A DNA stretch of 63,789 bases, the filler included, from Octopus bimaculoides (Eukaryota), in assembly GCF_001194135.2 (NCBI RefSeq). It is 10 parts of 9 records of this genome, joined end to end, with 100 filler letters (N's around TTAATTAATTAA, not from the genome) between each part and the next. Parts side by side here need not be neighbours in the genome. Positions count along the whole stretch, not along the records: positions 37,852 to 43,081 come from NW_026418270.1; positions 43,182 to 47,622 come from NC_069000.1; positions 47,723 to 53,367 come from NC_068990.1; positions 53,468 to 54,596 come from NW_026415720.1; 6 more parts are not named here. The stretch is one strand, 5' to 3'. This document shows, piece by piece, positions 40,512-53,962 of the stretch. The first letter of the stretch is position 1, and every line of letters begins with the position of its first letter. Under the pieces are notes generated by a model, which did not search any database, was not told the origin of the DNA, and was given only the letters and a program-made list of their open reading frames with translations. The position numbers and the translations under genes were made by a program.

Positions 40512-41127
40512 GTATTCAATCTTACACATGTATATGAAGATATAAATGTATAGATATAGGCGAACAAAATGCCTATGTGCTCACACATGCGCAAATGCTC
40601 ACACGTACTCACACATATGAAAACACACATAGTCAAACGAACACACGCACACACATGTATACACATATCTATCGCAAATTTTAATTGTATTTCAAGACGA
40701 TATCAATTGTTAATTACTTGTCTTAATTACGTTACATGCTTTCAAACTGCAAGTTGGATTTCATATTACTATTGCTTCAAGACATAAGCAGAGTATTATG
40801 TATCTCTACATTGTTTTCTGAGTGTGCGTCTGTGAGTGTCTGAGTGTGAACGAGTTTGAGCACACGTGTGTGCCTCTGTATGTGTGTGTCTGTGTGCGTG
40901 CGTGTGTGCGTGAGTCTGCGTATGTTATAATAGATATATATATATACACATAAATACATACATACATATATATAAATATATATATATTATATATGCTTAT
41001 CTACATGTATCTCTGTGAGTGGATGTACACATTTATACACACACTCATCACAAAGAACCATACACGCGTGTGTATGCGTATCAGTATGCGAATTTCTTTG
41101 TTTATGCATATCTCATATATGTTTATA

Positions 41128-41319
41128 CATCATAAATATAAGGGATTAGCAATTGAGTTGCTTCTCCAACATACTGAAAATTTAGAAATAGCAGTCAATG
41201 AACTACTGATTCTAAACTACAAATTTGTAGTTTAGAATCAGTAGTTCTTTGACTGCTATTTCTAAATTTTCAGTATGTTGGAGAAGCAACTCAATTGCTA
41301 ATCCCTTATATTTATGATG
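41128..41319. repeat. 192-bp spacerless palindrome (96-bp arms, one mismatch)
   Basis: Centre is at 41223|41224 (ctacaaa|tttgtag). The only mismatch is T41199/T41248. Confidence 0.95.
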
Positions 41320-41577
41320 ATAAATGGTCTTACCGATAAAGGTTTTTTTCATACTGAACTACTTGGCAAAATTGTTAATTATTAATTCTATTATTAATTG
41401 ACGATTCCCTGCCCTCATTTCTTGTATGTTTATACATGTATATTTGTGTATATCTACATGTATGAGTGTAGATATGAATATATATATCCCACTTTGTCTG
41501 TCAGCCTCTGTTCCTTTCTCTCTCTCTCTCTCATTCTGTATATACATACATGATACATACATACACACACGCATATG

Positions 41578-41635
<58 letters not shown>

Positions 41636-41642
41636 CATTCAG

Positions 41643-41827
41643 TGAAAGCGTGTGGCTTAATGGTTAGGCTAACCGGCTCTCGATCGTAAGGTCGTAAGTT
41701 CGGTCCCCGGAAGTGCGTTGTGTCCCCGGAAGTGCGTTGTGTCCCCGGAAGTGCGTTGTGTCCCCGAGCAAAACACTTTATTTCACGTTACGCAGTGCAC
41801 TCAGCTGTTAAAAATGCGTAGGACCTG
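41643..41827 (+). mobile_element. Family C SINE with an internal 19-bp triplication
   Basis: tRNA-like head, then GTCCCCGGAAGTGCGTTGT three times (41703-41759), then gagcaaaacactttatttcacgtt. Confidence 0.8.
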
Positions 41828-42544
41828 NNNNNNNNNNNNNNNNNNNNNNNNNNNNNNNNNNNNNNNNNNNNNNNNNNNNNNNNNNNNNNNNNNNNNNNNN
41901 NNNNNNNNNNNNNNNNNNNNNNNNNNNNNNNNNNNNNNNNNNNNNNNNNNNNNNNNNNNNNNNNNNNNNNNNNNNNNNNNNNNNNNNNNNNNNNNNNNNN
42001 NNNNNNNNNNNNNNNNNNNNNNNNNNNNNNNNNNNNNNNNNNNNNNNNNNNNNNNNNNNNNNNNNNNNNNNNNNNNNNNNNNNNNNNNNNNNNNNNNNNN
42101 NNNNNNNNNNNNNNNNNNNNNNNNNNNNNNNNNNNNNNNNNNNNNNNNNNNNNNNNNNNNNNNNNNNNNNNNNNNNNNNNNNNNNNNNNNNNNNNNNNNN
42201 NNNNNNNNNNNNNNNNNNNNNNNNNNNNNNNNNNNNNNNNNNNNNNNNNNNNNNNNNNNNNNNNNNNNNNNNNNNNNNNNNNNNNNNNNNNNNNNNNNNN
42301 NNNNNNNNNNNNNNNNNNNNNNNNNNNNNNNNNNNNNNNNNNNNATATATATATTCCAGCTTCCTGTTTTGTTATACATTAACTCTGCAAACAATATTTC
42401 CAGATGTTTCGACTCTAATATGTACCTTACATCAACAACAACTTTATACTGAATTGTAATACTTGAATAAGCAGATGTGCTTCAAGAGGACACCACTTGG
42501 ATTTTACCTTTCCTACATAATCTATATATGTATATATATATATT

Positions 42545-42720
42545 CTCTTTTACTCTCTTTTACTTGTTTCAGTCATTTGACTGTAGCCATGCTGGAGCAC
42601 CGCCCAGGACTTACTCTTTGTAAGCCTAGTACTTATTATATCGGTCACTTTTGCTGAACCGCTAGGCTACGGGGACGTAAACACACCAGCATCGGTTGTC
42701 AAGTGATGTTGGGGGGACAA
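42545..42720 (-). mobile_element. 3' half of a family B SINE
   Basis: Reverse complement of the tail at 59230-59410. Confidence 0.75.
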
Positions 42721-43181
42721 ACACAGACACAGAAACACAGAGAGAGAGAGAGAGAGTAAGTCAGAAAGGCATCGAGAGCGACCGAGAATGTTAAAGCTAA
42801 GTTATTTCCTTTCGCTCTTTCTATCCACTGATTCATCTCGTTAAAACGTAACCCATGGCGTCCACGTAAAGACGTTTAGTAAAATATTTTCATTACTGTC
42901 GGCTATAAAACAGACTTAATTAAAGAACTAATGATTAATTGATTTCTTTGTATCATGGATTTTACTTTACCATACCATGCATGGTTATCTCCTAAGGTTG
43001 TGTTCCATGAGTCACATCTTCCTTCTCATATACACATACATACGCACCTCTATATATACATACATACATACATACATATATNNNNNNNNNNNNNNNNNNN
43101 NNNNNNNNNNNNNNNNNNNNNNNNNTTAATTAATTAANNNNNNNNNNNNNNNNNNNNNNNNNNNNNNNNNNNNNNNNNNNN

Positions 43182-43478
43182 AACACTGTGTGGTGACCAC
43201 AACTGAGAGCAATAGTCTAGGCGGCTCAGAACAAATGTCTTCCATAGAATCAACATGACTTTTTGATCCCTTGTACGGAAAGTCCTCAGTATCCACCCCG
43301 CCAGTTGTCTGCACCTTGCTGTCAACTTGACAATGTGCATGTGAAATGATGCATCACTACACATGTTGATGCCCAGATCTCTCACTGTTTGTGGTTCTGG
43401 GATTGCAGTACCTCCAGGCCCTGTGTATGCCAGTTGGGAGGTACTTGTGGTCTTGTAGCGCAGTACTTGAAATTTTTT
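43182..43478 (-). mobile_element. CR1-clade LINE reverse-transcriptase C-terminal fragment
   Basis: KFQVLRY...IPEPQTVRDLGI...FHMHIVKL...GWILRTFRTRD...LWKTFVLSRLDYCSQLWSPHSV, which matches the CR1 LVRPxLEYCxxxWSP region. Confidence 0.85.
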
Positions 43479-44591
43479 TGCATATATATACATATATATA
43501 TATACATGCACATATGTGTTTATCTTATGAATGTATATATGTATGGATCTTGGCCATGTGTGCTTCGCTACAGCTCCGGGACGACCAAGGACCTATCAGT
43601 TGATTTGGTAGACGGAAACTGAAAGAAGCATATCGTGTGTGTGTGTGTGTGTGTGTGTGTGAGTGTGTGTGTGTGTGAGCATGTGTGTGTGTGTATGCGC
43701 GCGTGTGTGCGTGTGAGTGTGTGTGTGTGTGTATCTGTCTGCCTGTCTGTTTGTCTCCGTTCCCTGTTTCCCTGAGACCGGCTTATTTACGTCCCAGAAA
43801 CATACCAGTTCAGCAAAAAGGAAAGAGAATAAATACCAGAATTTTGTGTGTGTATGTATATATGAACATAGAAAATATATATAATTATATAATATCAATG
43901 TACGTGCCTGCATCTGTGTATGCACACACACAAACATGCTTACAATTTTATGTATAAATATGTGTGTGTCTATATGTGTGCATATCTATGTAGATGTATA
44001 AATATTAACTTTCAACGATTTACATATAATTGATATACGTATTCAACCGCAAGTGATTATATATTAAGCATCAAACAGTAATATCCCACAATATCTACAA
44101 AGCCAATCCTTGAAACTAAACCTCTTGTTCCATTGAAGATATGCATGGTTGGGACTTTTCAGCACGAAATACAGAACTTGACCGCTCTTTGATTTGAATT
44201 ATGACTTCTAGCACTTGTGTTTATATACATGCATAAAAGAGTACAAAGAATAATACAAAACCAATTCTTAATTTCTTACATCAAATATAACCAGCCGAAG
44301 TTAACAAAGCTAATCCAATCAGAATAGTGTCTTCCTTCTTTCCGTTCGCCTTTTCTTTTCCAACTTCTCTATTCCTTCCACTCTTCTACTTCACCTTCAT
44401 TCCCTCCACAACCCACCTAAGTTATCCATAAAAATATATCTTTGTATATTACGAAAATACACTACGCAACCAAAGCTACAGTGCAACCACACGGCCCGCC
44501 TCACAAGATGAACGAAAAAAAAATACTTGGAAATCAGTCTGACGAAGGTAACTGGGGGGGAAACTTGAAGTTACAGCCATTTTCTTTGAAC

Positions 44592-44634
44592 GAAGAAGAA
44601 GAAGAAGAAGAAGAAGAAGAAGAAGAAGAAGAAG

Positions 44635-44663
<29 letters not shown>
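44592..44663. repeat. Perfect (GAA)24
   Basis: Direct count. Confidence 0.95.
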
Positions 44664-44665
<2 letters not shown>

Positions 44666-44981
44666 GGAGGAGGAGATAGTATTGTTATGTGGGTCTGCTT
44701 GAATATGCTTAAATGGCATACGGACAACACTACAACATCACACTTATACAGACACAAATACACGTTCATAAACACACTCACGCACATATATTGCGTGATT
44801 GCGCAGGTGTAAGTAAATATAATCCTGTTTTATCTAACACATTGAAAGATAGATGGGTACCACACAAAGTTTTCGACATAGACTGCTGCACACACATTTA
44901 AAAAGCTCCTACAGGAAGTTCTAGGCCACGACACAAGCACGTGGCGGTAGGGAAAAAGGAATGTAATATTATAAGTGTAAA

Positions 44982-45193
44982 GTCAGAGAGCTGGCAGAAT
45001 CGGTTGCACGCTGGGCAAAATGCTTAACATCATTCCATTCACCTTTACGTTCTGAGTTCAAATTCCACCGGGATCGAATTTGTCTTTTATCTTTTCGAAG
45101 TTCATAAAATAAGAACCAGTCAAGCACTGCGGTCGATATAATCGACTTGAACCCCACCTCCAGAATTGCTGGCCGCGTGCCAAAATTTTAAAT
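44982..45193 (+). mobile_element. Family A SINE
   Basis: Similar to 23502-23712. Confidence 0.8.
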
Positions 45194-46862
45194 CAGTAGT
45201 ACGTGTCTGAGAGAAAATCAGATGGACTCACAGAGAGGAACATGATCAAATAGCTATACACATTATTAAAAAGCCATAACAAGTGTAGGGTTCTACGTGA
45301 GGGTTAACATGGTATGCATGTGTATGCACACACGTGTATCCATTGAACGTAAAGTATTATTGTCTTCTTTACATACAGAGCGACGTGTAAACATAGAGCA
45401 AAGTTAGAGAGATTCGTCTTTTTAACTCACTGACGTTGTTCTACACAGCGGCACATGCCCACGCAGCATCAATGATGATACAAAATATTTCCCCTTGCCC
45501 AACAAACTGAGAGAGAGAGACAGGCAGGCAGAGATATAGGCCTATAAAGAGAGGCATACAGAAAGAAAGAGAGAGAAATAAGAGAGACATTGCTACACAC
45601 AGACAAGTGGACTGTTTCACTCTACACGGCGACGCCACACACATTCACACAGAATGTGTGTGTATAATTAAAAGACAAGGTTGCAATTACCAGGATAACA
45701 CAGGAAGACAAAATGACGGTAAGACATGGGAAAAAGAGAAGAAAGAGAGGAAAGAGAAAGAGAGGTGGGTAATACACTATCTGTCACACACATTCCAAAC
45801 AGAGAGTTTATGCAAAATAGCAATACATACAGTCTTAGTGTGTACACAATCAAACATAGAATAAAACAAGCAGTATGATTTCCTAACGAGAGACAACTGA
45901 CTTCTGCGGTAGTTTAATACAGAGGAATGCGGCAAAAAAATATCACCGTTGATGACAGGGATATATAAAAAAGGATAAGGAATGACAGGTGATGTCGTGG
46001 CTGACGTGCCAAGACAAAAAATTTACTGTTATCATTTCTGGTATTGTTTGTTCATAATACTACACTGCCACTCAACAGGTACGCATCATGCGGTCTGTTA
46101 TACTATATGAGTTAGGGGTGCAGAAGACAATCGCCTAACGTGACAGCGGTAGTGTGTCGGAGTGTAGGTACTGTAGCGTAAAGAGGATGACCTGTTAATG
46201 TCTGTCTATATGCACGGGCACAGGCGCACACACACACACACACACGCGCGCGGACACACACATGGACACACAAATATATATATATGTATGTATATATGTA
46301 TATATATATATATANNNNNNNNNNNNNNNNNNNNNNNNNNNNNNNNNNNNNNNNNNNNNNNNNNNNNNNNNNNNNNNNNNNNNNNNNNNNNNNNNNNNNN
46401 NNNNNNNNNNNNNNNNNNNNNNNNNNNNNNNNNNNNNNNNNNNNNNNNNNNNNNNNNNNNNNNNNNNNNNNNNNNNNNNNNNNNNNNNNNNNNNNNNNNN
46501 NNNNNNNNNNNNNNNNNNNNNNNNNNNNNNNNNNNNNNNNNNNNNNNNNNNNNNNNNNNNNNNNNNNNNNNNNNNNNNNNNNNNNNNNNNNNNNNNNNNN
46601 NNNNNNNNNNNNNNNNNNNNNNNNNNNNNNNNNNNNNNNNNNNNNNNNNNNNNNNNNNNNNNNNNNNNNNNNNNNNNNNNNNNNNNNNNNNNNNNNNNNN
46701 NNNNNNNNNNNNNNNNNNNNNNNNNNNNNNNNNNNNNNNNNNNNNNNNNNNNNNNNNNNNNNNNNNNNNNNNNNNNNNNNNNNNNNNNNNNNNNNNNNNN
46801 NNNNNNNNNNNNNNNNNNNNNNNNNNNNNNNNNNNNNNNNNNNNNNNNNNNNNNNNNNNNNC

Positions 46863-46929
<67 letters not shown>

Positions 46930-47484
46930 ACGTGCTTAGTACCCACTCTCAAGTAGTAAAACAAATTTAATGCAATACGTAAATCTCTCCGGCGACAGAG
47001 AGTAAATGTGTGTAGGTGTTTGCATGTATGATTGTACATAAGTGAATATGATATGAAACTAAGTAAATATGTGTATTTTCATATCTGTATATTTATGCGT
47101 ACATAAATTTGTACATCAATCTACATATACACACACATTCATCTGTCTACTTAGATTACTTAATAGATGTACACAGACGCACATGCAAACACACACACAC
47201 ATACACACACACACACGGAAACACACACATATATATCTTATATAAATTGTATAGTTTATGTATTTATATGTGTTACCATTATGTGTGTATATATACAGAA
47301 AGAAAGAAAAAGTATTACTGTTTGTTTTAATGTTCAGTTATAGGGGAAAATATTTCATGAAATTAATGGGTTACTTTATACTTTAGTAGAGTAGAATTTT
47401 TCTTTATTACAGAACTATAGTAAGATTGACAGTTACTTCGAAGTATCGGCCATTAAAACCGTCTTCGGACTGCATTATTATTTG

Positions 47485-47534
<50 letters not shown>

Positions 47535-47722
47535 ATGTATGTATGCATGTATGTATATGTATATATGTATGTATGTATGTATGTATGCCTATATGTATAT
47601 ATGTATGTATATGTGTGTATATNNNNNNNNNNNNNNNNNNNNNNNNNNNNNNNNNNNNNNNNNNNNTTAATTAATTAANNNNNNNNNNNNNNNNNNNNNN
47701 NNNNNNNNNNNNNNNNNNNNNN

Positions 47723-47925
47723 AATAGTGGAGGAGATATTATGTTGCCGTGTGCTCGAACTCTGCAAGAAGTTAATAATTTTTTTTGACTAAAACACAAC
47801 TGGGACCCTAAGTAAGGCATGTGTAAAATTTGAATGAAATTGGTTGCGTAGTTCTCGAGTTTTAGGGATTCACACAGACAGACAGACAGACAGACAGACA
47901 CACATTCTCATTTTTATATATATAG

Positions 47926-47926
<1 letters not shown>
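47723..47926 (-). mobile_element. Non-autonomous Helitron/Helentron-like (DINE-1/Lep1-type) 5' portion
   Basis: Minus strand starts TCtatatatataaaaatgagaatg(tgtc)n...aaactcgagaactacgcaaccaatttcattcaaatttt, the typical layout of these elements. Confidence 0.55.
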
Positions 47927-47956
<30 letters not shown>

Positions 47957-48599
47957 TAGGAAAATATATTTGGCTGTTTATATTAAATTTTTGTATACAC
48001 CCAACGCACGCGCACACACACGCACACAGGAGATATATCCCTCTTTTACTCCCTACCTCTGCCCCATCTCTCTCCCTCTTACATTTTCTATCTATATGTG
48101 TATATTTCTTTGCATCCATGTATGTTTGCCTCCAGCACCAAAATGTACTGTCACCAAAACAGGCTGAATGTGTCCTGTCAGCCATGCCAAATCATCAACA
48201 CCAGAACAGCTATGTCCAATCATCTCCTTCTGCGTTTGGAACATGACTGGTACATTAACAGATTACCATAGACATTACCTGTCTACCACTTTACTGATGA
48301 GGCCATGCATCATCATCCAATTATACTAATTACAAATGTGATGTTAGACACCTTCGTTAACTAACCACCATTATATTTTTAGTTCAACATTTGAGTTGTA
48401 ATTCATTAGCTTTTCAGTTTATTTAATGCACAGTGTTATAGTCATTTGACATTGCTATGCTGATAACTAATCAAAACATTGTTATCGTATCTGTAATGAA
48501 GTTTAATATCAGACATATTGTGTTCTTTCATGATCTATCGCTATGCTGATTCATCAAGGGTATTTCTTAATTTTGGGAAAAGCTCATATGAGTACAACA

Positions 48600-49315
48600 T
48601 AAGAAATCATTATTTACACTCTCTACAATGCTGTCTGAAGTAATGATTTGCATATTAATTCTTAATACATTCAAGTAGATTTAAACACAAATATGCTAGT
48701 AGCTGTTGTGTATGTCACAAAAAACAACTTCTCCCTTTTACGATGACAGCATGTTCATAACACATTTGGCTTATTAGTGCAAGGGATTCTAAGACATCTG
48801 TGTTTTGACATGTTGTGTCTCATCCACTTGAAGCACCTGAATCTTTAAGCCTAAACCACCCACTGGCTATGTTTATACTTTCAGTGAACAGACTATTTTC
48901 TGATCAGTGTTTATATCTGCCAACTAATAAAAAAACTGTTATTTCATAATGTATAGTAAAGTCTGAAATGACAATTTGCATATTGGCTCTTAATATATTC
49001 CAGCAAATGCAAATATGCTAGCTGCTGCTGTGTATAGTACAGGAGAACAATTTCTGTCTTTAAATGATGACTGTGTGTTCATAATGCCATTCACTCATTG
49101 GTGTAAGAAATTCTCGGACAACTGTGTTTTATTATGTTGTGCCTTATCTGCTAGAAGCACTGAGACCTTTGAGTCTGAACAACCCACTGGTTTTTTTTTT
49201 TTTTATACTTTCAGTAAATAAAATGTTTGGTGGTCAGTGCTTATTTCTGCAAACCAATAGAAAACCATTGTCTGCACTGTGTACAGCAAGAGCTGAAACA
49301 ATAATTTACATATGA
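48600..49315. repeat. Old tandem duplication of a ~330-bp unique unit (2.2 copies)
   Basis: Landmarks recur ~330 bp apart: atttgcatatt, caaatatgctag, tgttcataa, gaagcac, acccactgg and tttatactttcagt. Confidence 0.8.
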
Positions 49316-49862
49316 AACAGTTGCGTAATAATTTTGCAGCTTTAATAAAGAGTATTTACTCTACCCTTGATATTCAAGTACTATTTTTTCCACCTTATTT
49401 TGCACTTATGTGCTTACCTGTGTATCTGTATACATACGTGTGTGTGTGTGTGTCTTTTATCTTTCATTTGTTTAGTTTCAGTTGTTTGGATTGTAGCGAT
49501 GCTGGGGCATCATCTTGAGGAAATTTTAGTTAAATCAACTGATATCAGTACTTATTAATATTTTTTATCCTTCACCCAACTCAGAACCTGCAATTTGTTT
49601 GAATCTGGAGTCTATAGAAGGCAGTGCAATAGGTGCAGTGAGTGTAGCCATGCGTGACCTTCATGACTCATTGTGTATTCAGTCAGCTATTTGTGAATCT
49701 ATGCATAACCAGGGAACAAATCCATGCTTACTTTAGTGAGTAACTATTCGTGATCAAATATTGTTTGTACATGATAGCGTTATCACTGACCTGAGATTGG
49801 TGTTTTTACTATTCAAATACCTGATTCTCTTAAATTCTGGAAATTTTATATATATATATATA

Positions 49863-50212
49863 TAGTGGTTGTATGGTAAGTAGCTTGCTTACCAACCACA
49901 TGCCTCTGGGTCCAGTCCCACTTTGTGATACCTTGGGCAAGTGTCTTCTACTATAGCCTTGGGCCAACAAAAGACTTGTGAGTGGAAACTGAAAGAAGCC
50001 TGTCGTATATATATATGTGTGTGTGTTTGTCCCACCACCATTGCTTGACAACCAATGTTGGTCCCCGTAACTTAGCAGTTCAGCAAAAGAGGCCGATAAA
50101 ATAAGTACTAGGCTTACAAAGAATAAGTCCTGGGGGTTGATTTGTTTGACTAAAAGTCGTGGTCCAGCATGGCGACAGTCAAATGCCTGAAACAAGTAAA
50201 AGAATAAAAGAA
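49863..50212 (+). mobile_element. Full-length CORE-like SINE, family B (possibly the octopus OR2 type; not verified)
   Basis: tRNA-like head, ccttgggcaagtgtctt CORE-like segment, internal (TA)(TG)n, and tail ...cagtcaaatgcctgaaacaagtaaaagaa. Confidence 0.8.
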
Positions 50213-51160
50213 TATATATATACATACATATATANNNNNNNNNNNNNNNNNNNNNNNNNNNNNNNNNNNNNNNNNNNNNNNNNNNNNNNNNNNNNNNNNN
50301 NNNNNNNNNNNNNNNNNNNNNNNNNNNNNNNNNNNNNNNNNNNNNNNNNNNNNNNNNNNNNNNNNNNNNNNNNNNNNNNNNNNNNNNNNNNNNNNNNNNN
50401 NNNNNNNNNNNNNNNNNNNNNNNNNNNNNNNNNNNNNNNNNNNNNNNNNNNNNNNNNNNNNNNNNNNNNNNNNNNNNNNNNNNNNNNNNNNNNNNNNNNN
50501 NNNNNNNNNNNNNNNNNNNNNNNNNNNNNNNNNNNNNNNNNNNNNNNNNNNNNNNNNNNNNNNNNNNNNNNNNNNNNNNNNNNNNNNNNNNNNNNNNNNN
50601 NNNNNNNNNNNNNNNNNNNNNNNNNNNNNNNNNNNNNNNNNNNNNNNNNNNNNNNNNNNNNNNNNNNNNNNNNNNNNNNNNNNNNNNNNNNNNNNNNNNN
50701 NNNNNNNNNNNNNNNNNNNNNNNNNNNNNNNNNNNNNNNNNNNNNNNNNNNNNNNNNNNNNNNNNNNNNNNNNNNNNNNNNNNNNNNNNNNNNNNNNNNN
50801 NNNNNNNNNNNNNNNNNNNNNNNNNNNNNNNNNNNNNNNNNNNNNNNNNNNNNNNNNNNNNNNNNNNNNNNNNNNNNNNNNNNNNNNNNNNNNNNNNNNN
50901 NNNNNNNNNNNNNNNNNNNNNNNNNNNNNNNNNNNNNNNNNNNNNNNNNNNNNNNNNNNNNNNNNNNNNNNNNNNNNNNNNNNNNNNNNNNNNNNNNNNN
51001 NNNNNNNNNNNNNNNNNNNNNNNNNNNNNNNNNNNNNNNNNNNNNNNNNNNNNNNNNNNNNNNNNNNNNNNNNNNNNNNNNNNNNNNNNNNNNNNNNNNN
51101 NNNNNNNNNNNNNNNNNNNNNNNNNNNNNNNNNNNNNATATATATATATATATATATATA

Positions 51161-52047
51161 CAGGGTGTGATGGGTAAATTGTCACTATTTTATAATTTTA
51201 ATTTCACACATGAACATTATTTGTTTTTGATTTTGTTGACTACACTATATAGTAGGGTCAGTTGGGCACTATCTGTGAGAAAAACAGCACCATGACACAA
51301 TTCACTCTGCCAGAAATTTGGGAACGAGATGCTGTATTGTTTGGCATTCATGCCAGAAGCTCCAATACAAACATTTCAGAGTTTTTGAGTGTCGATTTGA
51401 GGACAGTGCAGCCTGAGGGCATGTACCAAGAGTGATAAAACTCAAACATCCAGTCAACATCATGGGGTTTGGAGTGATCACTAGTGATGGTGATGTTGTC
51501 TCCATTCATCTTCTCACATGGCCTCAGACTCAACATGGAGGACTACATCAAGTGCCTGTAGGAGGTAGTGCTGCCCTGGTTCAAGAGGGTGACTTCTGGA
51601 ACATCCTATGTTTGGCAACAGAACTCTGTACCATGCTACAATTGCAGGAGAAACCCAGTCATGCCTCAGATAATTACTGTAACCACATCACTCTTAATAT
51701 CTGGCCACCTAACTCCCTAGACTGCAACCCCTTGATTATTATGTTCGGGACACAGTTGAGCAAGAGACCAACAAAACTTCTTGTAATACCAAAGATGAAC
51801 TGAAGGTAAGGATTATGGCAGCATTCGCTAACTTAAATGAGGAGACTGTCCAGAAGGGTTGCCAGAGGTTCTGAAGTCATCTAGAGGCTGTGGTTGAAGC
51901 CATTGGGGATTTTATTGAATAAGTTTACTCTTTAGTATTTCAAGATATTTTTATGAAATTTTGGTAAATATATCTGTTAAAATGAGATGTCAGTTATTAT
52001 TTTCCTTTTTGTGTAATTTAGATGACAATTTATTTGCCGCAGCCATA
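51161..52047 (+). mobile_element. Internally deleted Tc1/mariner DD37D (maT) transposon inserted in (TA)n
   Basis: Left end is TA|cagggtgtgatgggtaaattgtcac; the right end gatgacaatttatttgccgc is degenerate. From ATG 51292 it reads MTQFTLPEIW...LRTVQ, then after a deletion KHPVNIM.FGVITSDG...WQQ.S.PC...IWPPNS.DCNPLD...GDFIE* (stop at 51920-51922). Confidence 0.85.
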
Positions 52048-52230
52048 CTATATATATGGAAAATTCTGTCCGTGGAGTTGTTAGCTAACTCTTCTTACAT
52101 CGTTTTATTGATTTTGATGAAACTTGACACGTGAGTAGAACTCATGTTTGGAAACCTTATGGCATACTCAGATGGTTGAAAAACATCGATAATAGGACCT
52201 CTGGAAGGGATCCTTATATATATCTAATAT
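52048..52230 (+). mobile_element. Helitron-like (Lep1/DINE-1-type) 5' fragment
   Basis: ctatatatatggaaaattctgtccgt...aactcttc...gattttgatgaaacttgacac. Confidence 0.4.
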
Positions 52231-52483
52231 ATTTCATTTTAACAGCCAAGGAAAATAACACATTCACCCAGCCAAGGGAAATAACCCAATCATTTTCCTA
52301 AATCATTTGGTATAAACCAAATTGAGTAGGCTTATTTCTTAGTATTTGAACTGTTGGAGTTATTTTCACAATTTATACAGTACAATCCTTAAACAGGTAA
52401 ATAGTATAAACAATAAATCCACTTATTTCGGTTAGTGACTTATTCATGAATATACCAACACCAGTGCCACTGAGGGTAATATT

Positions 52484-52750
52484 CTCTGGGAACACACAAA
52501 AGCCCTTTTCAGAGTTATTTGAATTGTTATCTCATATCTGATTAGCCAGTTATTACGTATCATGCTTCATGATTTTAGTATACATACCTTATTAGTATTT
52601 CCTCCTAAGTTCTATATACTCTGGGAATGCATTAAAGCCCTTTTCGGGGCTACTTTATTTGAATTCTTACTATCAGGCAACTAATTTTATGTTATTACAT
52701 AACTGACTTCACAATTTGGGTATTCATAACTTATTGGGAATTCCTAAAAA
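52484..52750. repeat. Diverged ~135-bp tandem duplication
   Basis: ctctgggaa...aaagcccttttc...ttatttgaatt...gttattac...cttatt recurs at 52484 and 52619. Confidence 0.7.
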
Positions 52751-53480
52751 CAAGATCTTGTGTAAGACACTTCAGTATTCTCTGTAAATGCACAAAAACC
52801 GTTTTAAGGGCTATATACTTTGTATTGTTGTTATTGGGTTANNNNNNNNNNNNNNNNNNNNNNNNNNNNNNNNNNNNNNNNNNNNNNNNNNNNNNNNNNN
52901 NNNATATATATATATATATACACACACACTTGAATGCATATGCAAATACACACATGCATATGATATATATATACATATAGTACATTATCTAAATATATTC
53001 TGGTATGGTATGCTATTACCATTTTCATGTTGTTGGATTACAATGACAAATTAAAAATCTTGTGCTATTATGCGACTTTGTGTCCTGGATCTTACTCTGA
53101 TCAGATTTACCTTTCACCCACCAGTGGTCAATAAAATATGTGCTAATCATAAAGTAGGAATAATCAAAATACACATATCTCTCTCAGATAAGATTTTGTG
53201 TTAATACTAAAAACCATTATCAACATTTAAGGGATATGACTAAAGGCACACACATACATATAATTACTCATACACATACAGAAATAGTTATCTAATCTAT
53301 TTATTTATTTTTATACTCATATGTATCATCATCATCATCATCATCATCGTTTAACGTCCGCTTTCCANNNNNNNNNNNNNNNNNNNNNNNNNNNNNNNNN
53401 NNNNNNNNNNNTTAATTAATTAANNNNNNNNNNNNNNNNNNNNNNNNNNNNNNNNNNNNNNNNNNNNATACATACATACA

Positions 53481-53511
<31 letters not shown>

Positions 53512-53962
53512 GTGATACACTGCCTAAATATCAATCATGAGAAATTAGGCTTCTCAAAACCAGAAAGGAGAAAGCTAATTCGAAGACTATAGATCCAATC
53601 CATCACTGGAACTGTAAAAAGCTGTAAAACTTTCCAGAAGTTTATCATTTAAATATATATGAGCAAGTCCAGATATGCAACTATATGCATGAGAAGACAT
53701 ACATAAAGCAAAACATACAAATCTGCACATCCATACATACATACATACATACATACACACATACATACATGCATAGACACACATACAAGCAAAAATACCC
53801 TGTTATTGATGTTGAAATTCCAATAAAGAAGCCTTAAATCTAGGTTAATAGCTGGNNNNNNNNNNGCATAGACACACATACAAGCAAAAATACCCTGTTA
53901 TTGATGTTGAAATTCCAATAAAGAAGCCTTAAATCTAGGTTAATAGCTGGCTCTTTCTCTAT

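Noticed and set aside
53771-53950. Exact 85-bp direct repeat on either side of a 10-N gap
   Set aside because: Typical unmerged contig overlap (negative gap), so an assembly artefact.
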